Positions 53,894 to 62,476 of a stretch of DNA of 64,000 nucleotides are shown here, piece after piece. Below the pieces are notes generated by a model. That model was not told the origin of the DNA. It did not search any database and saw only the letters and a program-made list of their open reading frames with translations. Position numbers and translations under genes: made by a program. Origin of the DNA: an uncultured Planctomycetales bacterium (GTDB taxonomy: Bacteria; Planctomycetota; MHYJ01; JACPRB01); assembly GCA_964604905.1 (NCBI GenBank), contig CAZSCC010000370.1, positions 3,676 through 67,675 on the forward strand, read 5' to 3'. The stretch's first letter is position 1. Each line of letters starts with the position of its first letter.

Positions 53894-54604
53894 ATGGAGA
53901 CCGTCCCTTCTGGAGGTCGTCGCACGAGCAGCGTCGCCGCGCAAAGTCCGGATCGCCCCCCGCCCTCCCTCCGGAGGAAGATCCTCATCACGGGGTTCAT
54001 CCTTTTCCATTTCGGCGTCGTCGCCGTCCGGGTGTTCCCCGGGACCTTTCCGGCCCGCGAGTTCCTGCTCTCGCGCTCCGTCCCCCTGCCCGCCCGCCGC
54101 CCGGATCCGGAGACGGGCTCGATGCGCTGGCGGTTCGAGCCCCGGCCCGTCATCGACTCCTACCTCGTGCACACGGGCCAGTGGCAGCACTGGAACCTGT
54201 TCGCGCCGAACCCTCTCCATTTCAACCGCCACCTGGGGGGCCGCGTGACGCATCGCTCCGGCCGGTGGAGGGAGTTCTCGCTCCCGCGCGTGGAGCAACT
54301 CGATTATTTTCACGCGCACCTCGAGGCGCGATACCGCGAGTACCAGTACGGCCTGACCGCGCCTCTCGCGGCGCTGGAGGATATGGCGCGCTTCTTCGCG
54401 CGCGAGATGGACGATCCGGCGGATCCCCCGGTCCGCGTCACCCTCCACGCCTTCCAACTCGACGTTCCGAGACACGATCGGCCCGCCCTTCGCGCGCCCG
54501 GCGCGCCTCCGCAGGTGGACTACTCGCGCCTTCTCCGCGACGAGGCGCTCGTCGTGAAGTACACGCTTCTGGACTACGCGGTGAAGCCGGAGGATCTCCG
54601 GTGA
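53894..54604 (+). CDS. membrane-anchored partner protein of the HTTM gene (SdpA-like by context)
   Basis: 236 aa with an N-terminal TM (ILITGFILFHFGVVAV) and the motif 'WQHWNLFAPNP'. GTGA overlap with the HTTM gene start (54601-54604). Confidence 0.5.
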   Translation: METVPSGGRRTSSVAAQSPDRPPPSLRRKILITGFILFHFGVVAVRVFPGTFPAREFLLSRSVPLPARRPDPETGSMRWRFEPRPVIDSYLVHTGQWQHWNLFAPNPLHFNRHLGGRVTHRSGRWREFSLPRVEQLDYFHAHLEARYREYQYGLTAPLAALEDMARFFAREMDDPADPPVRVTLHAFQLDVPRHDRPALRAPGAPPQVDYSRLLRDEALVVKYTLLDYAVKPEDLR

Positions 54605-55806
54605 GGCGCGCGTGGCAGGCCTGGGACCGCTTCTTCTTCAGGCCCGATACGGCCCGCGTGCTGGGGCTCTACCGGATCGTCTTCGGGCTCATCGTGCTGT
54701 ACTGCTTCGCCCTCCTGGCGAAGCACGTCACGATCTTCTTCTCCGACAAGGGGCTCCTGACGAGCGCGGCGAGCGCCCAGGCCCTCGAGCCGAGCGTCGT
54801 CGCGCTCTTCCGCTGGTTCCACCGACCCTGGGAGGTGCGCGCGGCGCTCGTGGCCGTCTTCGTCTCGGCCGCCTTCTTCACGGTCGGCTTTCATACCCGG
54901 GCGAGCACGGTCGTGCTGTTCGTCCTGGTCCTCTCCTTCCACGACCGGAACATCTACGTCCTCCAGGGCGGCGATACGGTGATCCGGACCATGCTCTTCT
55001 TCTTCCTGTTCGCCCCGGCGGGCGCCGCGTTTTCCGTCGACAGCCTGAGGCGGCGCCTCGGGACCCCGGGGGACGGACCCGCGGAGGTCCGCGTCCCGCC
55101 GTGGGCCCAGCGGATGATGCAGATCCAGGTCGCGATCATCTACTTCATCGCGGCCTACGGGAAGATGCAGGGGGATCGATATCGGGACGGGAGCGCGATG
55201 TACTACATGCTCGGCCGCCTGGATATCCACGTGTCGGGTCTGGAGCAGCTCATGAATTACCCGGCCGTCTACACGGTGATGACCGTGGCCGCGGTCGCGA
55301 TGGAGGTCCCGCTGCCCTTCCTGCTCTGGTTCCGGGCGACGCGGCCGTACGCCTCCCTCCTCGGCGTCGTGCTCCACTCGTGGATCATGGTCTTCATGGT
55401 CATCCCCGTCTTCGGCATCGCCATGTTGACGTCCTATATCGCCTTCTACGGCGAAGCGGACTTCGACCGGGCGATCGCGCGATTGCGCCGGCGCGCGGCC
55501 CGGCGGCGCGCGAGATTGCTCCTGGACACGGCCTCGCGGACGGGGGCCCGGTGGAGCCGGGTGATCCCCATCCTCGATGTCCTGGGGAGGGTCGAGATCG
55601 AAGAGGCCGCGCGGCGGGGGGATCCGGGCGGCGATGTCCCTGCGCTGCGCCTGGTGACCCCCGATGGGAAGACGAGGGACGGTTTCGCGGCCCTCGTGTG
55701 GCTCTTTCCCCGCCTGCTCGCCGTCTTCTGGGTCATCCCCGCCCTCTATCTCCCCGGAAGGGCGTCGAAGGTCGAAGAGCCGGCGGCGTCGACGAGGGGA
55801 GGATAG
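54601..55806 (+). CDS. HTTM-domain (vitamin-K gamma-carboxylase-like) polytopic membrane protein with C-terminal DCC/DUF393-like domain lacking the Cys motif
   Basis: GTG 54601 lies in frame in track ORF 53836..55806. 'WDRFFFRPDTARVLGLYRIVFGLIVL', 'FHTRASTVVLFVLVLSFHDRN...GGDTVIRTMLFFFLFAP' and a C-terminal 'LLLDTASRTGARWSRVI...LRLVTPDGKTRDGFAAL'. Confidence 0.7.
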   Translation: MRRAWQAWDRFFFRPDTARVLGLYRIVFGLIVLYCFALLAKHVTIFFSDKGLLTSAASAQALEPSVVALFRWFHRPWEVRAALVAVFVSAAFFTVGFHTRASTVVLFVLVLSFHDRNIYVLQGGDTVIRTMLFFFLFAPAGAAFSVDSLRRRLGTPGDGPAEVRVPPWAQRMMQIQVAIIYFIAAYGKMQGDRYRDGSAMYYMLGRLDIHVSGLEQLMNYPAVYTVMTVAAVAMEVPLPFLLWFRATRPYASLLGVVLHSWIMVFMVIPVFGIAMLTSYIAFYGEADFDRAIARLRRRAARRRARLLLDTASRTGARWSRVIPILDVLGRVEIEEAARRGDPGGDVPALRLVTPDGKTRDGFAALVWLFPRLLAVFWVIPALYLPGRASKVEEPAASTRGG

Positions 55807-55883
55807 GGAGCGCGACAGCAGTCGAGGGGATCTTCCCCGTGTCTCTGAGACTCTGCGGCCAATATCGGTCTTGCAACAGCCTC

Positions 55884-57185
55884 TTAGATCTCGGTCAGCC
55901 GCTCCTTGGAGTCTCCGAACGAGTCGAGACGGACGCCCATCTTGTCCATCATCGACAGGTAGAGCGAGCACATCTTCCGGTTGGGCTTGCCCAGGTAGTC
56001 GAGCACCCGGCCGCCGGCGATCTTGCCGCCGCCCCGGCCGACCAGCACCACGGGGAGCTGCGTGCAGTCGTGGCTTGCGCCGTGCAGCATGCTCGACAGG
56101 TAGAGGATCATCGTGTTGTCGAGCGCCGTCCGCTCGCCCTCCTGCACCTGCTCGAGCTTCGATGCGATGTAGGCCACCTGCTCGGTGAAGAACCGGTTCA
56201 CCTTCAGCCAGTCGGCGTTGTCGGTGTGCGAGAGCAGGTGGTGGATCATGTAGTCCACCCCCAGGTGGGGGAAGCGCTGCGAAGAGTGGTCGTTGTTCAG
56301 CTTGAGCGTGCAGATCCGGGTCGTGTCGGTCCGGAAGGCGAGGACCAGGATGTCGCACATCAGCCGCATGTGCTGGTCCAGGTCCTGGGGGACCCCGTCG
56401 GCTGGACGCGGGCGGTCGGGCTTCTCGAGGCCCGGCTTCCAGCCCTGGAGGCGTCCCTGCTTGCCCGCCTGCTGGATCCGCTGCTCCACCTCGCGCACGG
56501 AGGAGAGATACTCGTCAAGCTTGCCCTTGTCGGAGGCGCTCAGCTTGCCGCCCAGGCTCTTCGCGTCCTCGCGGATCTGGTCGAGCACGCTCGCGTCGCC
56601 GCGGTCCACGTCGTCCCGGAAGAGCTGGTCGAACGCCAGCGCCGGATAGAGCTCGAGGGGCGTCGGCGTCGTGGGCGAGCTCCACGAGATGTGCGAGCTG
56701 TAGATCATCGAGTAGCCCTTGTGGAGGGCCGAGATCGACGGCTCGCAGGCGAGCACGAGGCTCGGGACCTTCGTCGCCCCGGCCAGCCTCTGCGCGACGA
56801 GCTGGTCCATGCTCACGCCCGACCGGATCCCGCCGCCGCCCTCCAGGGTCGCGCCGGTCAGCAGGTCGCCCGTCATGGCGCTGTGGATGCCGCCCTTTCC
56901 CGACTGGGCGTTGTACAAGCCGCGGAGGAAGAGCAGCTTTTCCTTGAAGGGCGCGAGCGGCTCGAGGACCTTGCCGAGCTCCATCCCCTTGCCCTCGCCC
57001 TTCGCCCACCACTCCCTGCCGTGGAAGCCGTTGCCGGCGAAGAGGACCGCGAGGCGGACCGGCGGCTCGGCCGCCTTGTCGTCCCCCCACGCGCGGAGCG
57101 ACTCCATCCAGGGCAGCGCCATCGTGACGCCCATCCCCCGCAGCATCGTGCGCCGCGTCAGCCCGCTTTGTTTCGCTGCGTTCAT
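55884..57185 (-). CDS. DUF1552 protein with Tat-like signal
   Basis: 433 aa. 'TRRTMLRGMGVTMALPWME', 'HHLLSH' and 'LPVVLVGRGGG'. Confidence 0.85.
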   Translation of the reverse strand: MNAAKQSGLTRRTMLRGMGVTMALPWMESLRAWGDDKAAEPPVRLAVLFAGNGFHGREWWAKGEGKGMELGKVLEPLAPFKEKLLFLRGLYNAQSGKGGIHSAMTGDLLTGATLEGGGGIRSGVSMDQLVAQRLAGATKVPSLVLACEPSISALHKGYSMIYSSHISWSSPTTPTPLELYPALAFDQLFRDDVDRGDASVLDQIREDAKSLGGKLSASDKGKLDEYLSSVREVEQRIQQAGKQGRLQGWKPGLEKPDRPRPADGVPQDLDQHMRLMCDILVLAFRTDTTRICTLKLNNDHSSQRFPHLGVDYMIHHLLSHTDNADWLKVNRFFTEQVAYIASKLEQVQEGERTALDNTMILYLSSMLHGASHDCTQLPVVLVGRGGGKIAGGRVLDYLGKPNRKMCSLYLSMMDKMGVRLDSFGDSKERLTEI

Positions 57186-57192
57186 GAGTTCC

Positions 57193-60100
57193 TCACTCGC
57201 TTTTCGTGGCCTCGAGCCCCCGGTGCTCGCGGAACGGCCGGCTCAGGACGATCGCCTTGACGACGTCCGAGAGACGCCCTTCGCCCTTCTCGAGATCGCC
57301 GGCGACCCCGTCCAGGAACGCCTGGTCCGACAGCGTGACGCTCCTTCCCAGAGCATACCCCAGAAATTTCCGGAGGAACGTCTTCCGGAATTCCTTTTTC
57401 CGCCCGATCAGATAGCTGCGCAGGCCCTCGAGCCCCTCGAACTCCGTGCCGTCGCGGAGCGTCACGCGCGCGTCGATCGCCCTCCCGGCCGCGTCCTTGT
57501 CGCGCCGCCGCCCGATGGCGTCGTAGGCCTCGAGCGCGAAGCCGAAGGGGTCGATCCGGACGTGGCAGGTGGCGCACTCCGGGACGCGGGTGTGGCGCGC
57601 GGTCATCTCGCGGACGCTGAGGTCGGCGCCGGCCTCCTGCTCGGGGAGCTGGGGGACATTGGCCGGTGGCTTCGGCAGCTTCTCGCCGAGCATCGTCTCG
57701 ACCACCCAGTTGCCGCGGAGCACCGGGCTCGTGCGCGAGGCGCCCGACTCCTTCGCCAGGACGCTCCCGAGCGCGATCGCGCCGCCCCGGCCGTGCGCGC
57801 GGAGGCCGTCGACGCGGCGCCACTCCGGGCCCTTCACGCCGGGAATCCCGTAGTGCTTCGCGAGCGCCTCGTTCAGGAAGCTGTAGTCGGCGGTCAGGAT
57901 CTCGTCGACCGGCCGCCCCTCCCGGAAGAGGTGCTGGAAGAAGCGGATCGCCTCCTCGTAGAGCGCGGCGCGGAGGGAGGCGTCGAAGGAGGGGAAGAGC
58001 TTCTCGTTCTTCTCCCGGCTCTCCCGGAGATCGCGGACGTGGAGCCAGCGCGCGGCGAACTCCTCCGCCAGTCCGCGCGCCTTCGGGTCGTGGAGGAGGC
58101 GGTCGACCTGCGCCGTGAGCACCGCGGGATCGCGGAGGCGGCCCTCACCGGCGAGCCGCAGGAGCTCCGCGTCGGGCGTCGAGGCCCAGAGGAAGTAGCT
58201 CAGGCGCGTCGCGAGCTCGTGATCCGACACGGGACGAGACTCGGCGCCGGGCGGGGTCTCCTCGAGCCGGAAGAGGAAGGCCGGCGACGCCAGGCTGCGG
58301 ACGAACGCCGCGCGGACCGCTTCCTCGTGGGGCAGGTCCTGCCCGCGGAGCTTCGCGACCAGCTCGCGGAGTCCGCCCGCTTCGCGCGTGGTCAGCGGCC
58401 GCCGATACGCCCGCTCGGCGAGGCGGACGAGTGCGTCGACGTGGCCCGGCCAGGAGGCCTCGACCTCCTTCTCGAACGCCTCCGCCCGTCTGCGGAACGG
58501 CTCGCGCAGGCCCTCGAAGAACGCCAGCGCCTCCTTCGTGCCGTCCTGCGTGACGAACCCAATGAAGAGCGGCAGGTTCTTGTGCTCGGTCGTCGGCCAT
58601 TGGGAGATGAACCGCAGCTCCGCCCAGAGGCGGTCCAGCCGGCGCGACGCGCCGTCGTCCAGGAAGAGCCGGACGAGCGGTTCGTCGTCGCGGTGGTAGA
58701 GCTTGAGGCAGACGACCTCGTCGGTGGGGATCACCTGCGGGAAGCAGATGAAATTCGGGAAGAGGCGGCGGAATTCGTCGAAGCCGCGGACGAGGCGCTT
58801 CGACGCCTCGCCGGTGGCGACGCAGGGCGACTTCCCGTCCCACGGCCGCGTCGACGGGAGGGCGGAGAGCGTGGCCGAGAACTGGACGGCGCGGTCCGGG
58901 CCGTCGACCGTCCCCTCCACGACGAACGCGCGGTCGCGGAAGAGCGCCGCGGGGAGGCGGATCTCCGCCGTCCGGGCGGTCAGATCGCCGGCCTCGAGAC
59001 CGAACCGGCCGGCAAGCCTCGGGAGGCGGGCGAAGTCGAAGTCGCGGAAGAGGGGGCCGTCGACCGTCACCAGCGCGTCGTAGACGGCGCGGTCGGGATG
59101 CTTCTCGTCGCGCGGGCGCGGGCCGGTCAGGAGCGCCTGGACTTTCTTCGCCAGGGCCTCGTCGGGCGCAATCCGCCACTGGCCCAGGAGCGAGCCGGCG
59201 GGGATGGCCACCCCCGCGGCGGCGCCGTCCTTGCGCGTCGGCCCGTGCACGAAGCGCCAGGCGCCGTGCGGGTTGGACTTCAGGATCGTGTCGGCGACGT
59301 CGGAGGCGAGGTTCCACGAACGCTTCTCGCCGGCCGTCTCGCGGACCGTGACGTTCACCTCGGTGAGGTCGCAGACGTGGCTGCCGTCGCGCGCGTCGAT
59401 CGCGACGACGAGGGCATCTCCCTTCGCGACCGTCACCTCCCGCGCCGGTGCCGACGCATCGCCGCCGATGTTGACGACCCCCTGCGAGAGGCGGGCGGCG
59501 CGGTCGCCGCGGCGGAACTCCACCCAGTACGCGACGCCGTTCCCGCAGCCGCCGTGGGCGTGGGAGAAGACGGCCTCGAGCCGCACGCGGCCGTCGACCG
59601 GGCTGCCCCAGGCGATCGCGACGAAGCGGTCGGGGAGCGGGTGGACGACGATCCGGTGGGGCGACGCGCGGCCCGGGATGCGCTCTTCCTTGTCGGACGC
59701 GTTCGAGAGGACGACCGGCAGGTCGCCCGTCTTCGACCTCCATCCCTGGATCGCCGGGGTCTTCGCGGCGCCCGGCGCGGGCGTGTCGAGGAGGTCGAGG
59801 GGCACGGCGGGGGCGAGCGTCCCGGGCGCGCCCGGCTCGGCGAGCGGCTGGAGGCCGAGGAGGCCCGTCCACCGCTTGAGCCATTCGGCGTCCAGGCCGG
59901 CGGCCCGGGCGGGATCGCGGGCGGCCTCGAGGTACTTCGCGGTCTCGGCGAACGCGGCCTTGAGGTCGACTTCGTACTTCGGCCCGTAGGCGGCGTAGTC
60001 CTTGAGGAGCAACGGCACGCCCTTGCCGCCTTCGAATCTCGGACGGAGCCACGTCACCGGGCCGTCCGAGGCGGGGAGGTCGAGCGCCGCCAGGTGGAGC

Positions 60101-61155
60101 ACGACCTCGTCCTGGCCGGGCGCGGGCTTGAGCTCGACGCGGATCGACTGCGAGGGGACGAACGAGGGATCGTTCGCCTCCGCCCGCAGCTCCTTGCCCA
60201 TGCCGTAGCTGCCGACCTTGTGGAGCTTCCAGAGCGACTTCTGCCACGCGGCGACGTCGGCCACGAGGCCGTCGACCTCCTTCTCCGTCGCGCCGCGCCA
60301 CCGGGCGCGGAGGAGGTCGAGCGGGAAGGAGGACGCCGGATCGGTCAGGGCGGCCCAGAGGGCGCGGAAGTACTTCGCATTGATCTTCTCGCGCGCGGCG
60401 ACGGCGTCGGGGTCGCTCTTCCCCTCGAGGAGGGCGGCGCGGTGGCGGATCGCGGCGAGGAGCTGCGGGCGGAGCGGCAGCTGGCCGTCGGCGGAATGCT
60501 CCTTGTAGAAGGCGCGGAGGGAGGCGACCGCCTCGTTGGTCCAGTCGCGCCGCGTCTTCGAGGGGGAGAAGCGGAAGCCGTCGGGCAGGAGCACCAGATG
60601 GTCTCCGATCTCCTTGGCCGCGTTGAGGTATTTTCCGAGGAGCGCGGGGGACATGACGAGGGCGTCCCCGACGTTCGCGAAGCCCTCGCCGGCCACGCCG
60701 TCGAGAGGGAATTCGCGCGACGGGGCGAGGTCGACGCCGGTGAGGTCGCGCACGCTGTTGTCGTACTCGGCGTTGCCGAGGCGGCGGACGAGGACGCGGC
60801 CGGGATCGCCGGCGCGGGCGCGGGCCTCGGCGTCAAGCATCGCGCGGGTCCAGGCGACGAGGACCTTGCGGTCGTCGGCCGGCAGCGGCGGGCTCTTCTT
60901 GGGGGGCATCTCGCCGGTCTCGAGCTGCTCGAGGAGGTGCGGCCAGGGCCGGAGGTCCTTCCGGACCGCGTCGAGGGTGGCGAATCGCTCGAGGTCGAGC
61001 TCGCCTTTCTTGGCTTTCGTCGAATGGCATTCGAGGCAGGTCTTCGCCATGAGGGGGCGGATGCGCCGCGCGTACTCGGTCGCGAGGTCGGGCGTTTCCT
61101 GCCGCGGCGCGGCGCCCGCGAGGAGGAGGACGGCGAGGGAGAGGAGGTGTTTCAC
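57193..61155 (-). CDS. large DUF1592/DUF1595/DUF1587/DUF1588/DUF1585-type protein with N-terminal CxxCH domain
   Basis: 1320 aa, GTG start. 'CLECHSTKAKKGELDLE', 'VRRLGNAEYDNSVRDLTG', 'FAARWLHVRDL' and 'VPECATCHVRIDPFGFALEAYDAIGRRR'. Confidence 0.85.
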   Translation of the reverse strand: MKHLLSLAVLLLAGAAPRQETPDLATEYARRIRPLMAKTCLECHSTKAKKGELDLERFATLDAVRKDLRPWPHLLEQLETGEMPPKKSPPLPADDRKVLVAWTRAMLDAEARARAGDPGRVLVRRLGNAEYDNSVRDLTGVDLAPSREFPLDGVAGEGFANVGDALVMSPALLGKYLNAAKEIGDHLVLLPDGFRFSPSKTRRDWTNEAVASLRAFYKEHSADGQLPLRPQLLAAIRHRAALLEGKSDPDAVAAREKINAKYFRALWAALTDPASSFPLDLLRARWRGATEKEVDGLVADVAAWQKSLWKLHKVGSYGMGKELRAEANDPSFVPSQSIRVELKPAPGQDEVVLHLAALDLPASDGPVTWLRPRFEGGKGVPLLLKDYAAYGPKYEVDLKAAFAETAKYLEAARDPARAAGLDAEWLKRWTGLLGLQPLAEPGAPGTLAPAVPLDLLDTPAPGAAKTPAIQGWRSKTGDLPVVLSNASDKEERIPGRASPHRIVVHPLPDRFVAIAWGSPVDGRVRLEAVFSHAHGGCGNGVAYWVEFRRGDRAARLSQGVVNIGGDASAPAREVTVAKGDALVVAIDARDGSHVCDLTEVNVTVRETAGEKRSWNLASDVADTILKSNPHGAWRFVHGPTRKDGAAAGVAIPAGSLLGQWRIAPDEALAKKVQALLTGPRPRDEKHPDRAVYDALVTVDGPLFRDFDFARLPRLAGRFGLEAGDLTARTAEIRLPAALFRDRAFVVEGTVDGPDRAVQFSATLSALPSTRPWDGKSPCVATGEASKRLVRGFDEFRRLFPNFICFPQVIPTDEVVCLKLYHRDDEPLVRLFLDDGASRRLDRLWAELRFISQWPTTEHKNLPLFIGFVTQDGTKEALAFFEGLREPFRRRAEAFEKEVEASWPGHVDALVRLAERAYRRPLTTREAGGLRELVAKLRGQDLPHEEAVRAAFVRSLASPAFLFRLEETPPGAESRPVSDHELATRLSYFLWASTPDAELLRLAGEGRLRDPAVLTAQVDRLLHDPKARGLAEEFAARWLHVRDLRESREKNEKLFPSFDASLRAALYEEAIRFFQHLFREGRPVDEILTADYSFLNEALAKHYGIPGVKGPEWRRVDGLRAHGRGGAIALGSVLAKESGASRTSPVLRGNWVVETMLGEKLPKPPANVPQLPEQEAGADLSVREMTARHTRVPECATCHVRIDPFGFALEAYDAIGRRRDKDAAGRAIDARVTLRDGTEFEGLEGLRSYLIGRKKEFRKTFLRKFLGYALGRSVTLSDQAFLDGVAGDLEKGEGRLSDVVKAIVLSRPFREHRGLEATKSE

Positions 61156-61838
61156 GTGCGCTTCTCCGCGGGATCCATGAGGCCGGGCAGGAGGTCTTCC
61201 CAGCCCCCGCAGTGCCGCTCCATCATGCGGGCGGCCTCCTCGGGACGGCCGCGCTTCAGGACTTCGATGAACTCCCGATGCGACCGGAAGGTGGCCTCGC
61301 GGACGTCGTGCATCCGGTCTTCGCGCCGCCGATGGAGCCGGGCGAGCCAGAGCTCCATCTGCGAGCGCAGTTCGGCCCAGAGCCGGGCGAGCCGCCGGTG
61401 GCGCGCGATGACGACGATCTCGTCGTGGAAGGCTGTGTCAAGGGAGCTCAACTCGGTCAGGTCCTTGGCGTCGTGGGTGGCGGCGTAGATGGCTTCGAGG
61501 CGCTGAAGGTCGTCCGGCGTCAGCTTCTTCGCCGCCAGCCGGGCGGCCATGGACTGGAGGGAGGCGCGCAGGGTCAGGATTTCGAGGAGGTCGTCGGGGG
61601 TGAAGGCGCGGACGCAGGCGCGGCCCTTGGAATCGAATTCGACAAGGCCTTCGCGGTCGAGCTCGACCAGCGCCTCACGGACGGGGACACGGCTGACCCC
61701 CAGTTTGGCGGCGGTGGCCGACTCGGGGAGGGGGGTGCCCTCTGCGAGTTCGCCGCTGAGGATGGCTCGGCGGAGGCGGTTGAGAGTCTCCTTGGCGAGG
61801 GTGCTTCGGGGGATCACGCCCAGCGCAAGCTCGGCCAT
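61152..61838 (-). CDS. GntR-family transcriptional regulator, FadR subfamily (FCD ligand domain)
   Basis: 228 aa. wHTH 'LPESATAAKLGVSRVPVREALVELDREGLV', then a helical FCD-like domain with His residues. GTGA overlap with the downstream DUF1592 gene. Confidence 0.85.
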   Translation of the reverse strand: MAELALGVIPRSTLAKETLNRLRRAILSGELAEGTPLPESATAAKLGVSRVPVREALVELDREGLVEFDSKGRACVRAFTPDDLLEILTLRASLQSMAARLAAKKLTPDDLQRLEAIYAATHDAKDLTELSSLDTAFHDEIVVIARHRRLARLWAELRSQMELWLARLHRRREDRMHDVREATFRSHREFIEVLKRGRPEEAARMMERHCGGWEDLLPGLMDPAEKRT

Positions 61839-61848
61839 CGTGAGTCTC

Positions 61849-61865
61849 CGGTATACGGTATACCG
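61849..61865. promoter_or_regulatory. perfect 8-1-8 palindrome, candidate GntR operator
   Basis: cggtatac-g-gtataccg sits 11-27 nt upstream of the GntR ATG. It has an AT-rich core and contains GT-N2-AC half-site-like elements typical of GntR-family operators. Confidence 0.4.
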
Positions 61866-61907
61866 TCTCTACTACGAGGGTTCACAGGGCCGAGTTTCAA
61901 TTCCCGC

Positions 61908-62327
61908 TCAATCGTCGATATGTCGTTCGCGAAGGCGGTCGGCGTGACGGCGTTTGGCCTCGATCCGCCGTTCCTTCGACGCGCGGGTGGGCCGCGTGCG
62001 GCGGCGGACTTTGGGACGGAAGAGGGCGGCGCGGAGCAGGTCGGCGATCTTGGCCGCGCAGTCCTCGCGGTTCCGGGCCTGGTCGCGGGTCTCCTGGCTC
62101 ATGACGAGGAGGTGGCCCTCGGCATCCAGGCGCGACTTGAGGAACTGGCGGACGCGGAAGAGGTCGTCTCCCACGAAGCCGACGACGCGGTCGAGGTCGA
62201 TCCGCATCTGGATCTTGGTGGCGAGTTTGTTGACGTTCTGTCCTCCCGGGCCTGAGGCGCGGACCGCCTTCGTTTCGACGGCCGCTTCCGGCACGAGGAC
62301 GCGGTCGTTGACGGGGATGTCGGCCAT
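61908..62327 (-). CDS. arfB: peptidyl-tRNA hydrolase ArfB (alternative ribosome-rescue factor B)
   Basis: ATG 62327 lies within track ORF 61908..62429. 139 aa with the 'SGPGGQNVNK' GGQ motif and a Lys/Arg-rich C-terminal tail. Confidence 0.85.
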   Translation of the reverse strand: MADIPVNDRVLVPEAAVETKAVRASGPGGQNVNKLATKIQMRIDLDRVVGFVGDDLFRVRQFLKSRLDAEGHLLVMSQETRDQARNREDCAAKIADLLRAALFRPKVRRRTRPTRASKERRIEAKRRHADRLRERHIDD

Positions 62328-62476
62328 GGGTCGACTATACCACAGGACCCGGAGCCTTCGGACCCCCGGTTTATTTGCAGCATTCTGAAAGTTTCCGTAC
62401 CCGCCGCGGCTCCTATAGGAGTAGGACAAATCGAACCTCCAGGGCGGCGGCGGGGGTTGTAAGGGATAGAGAACCC

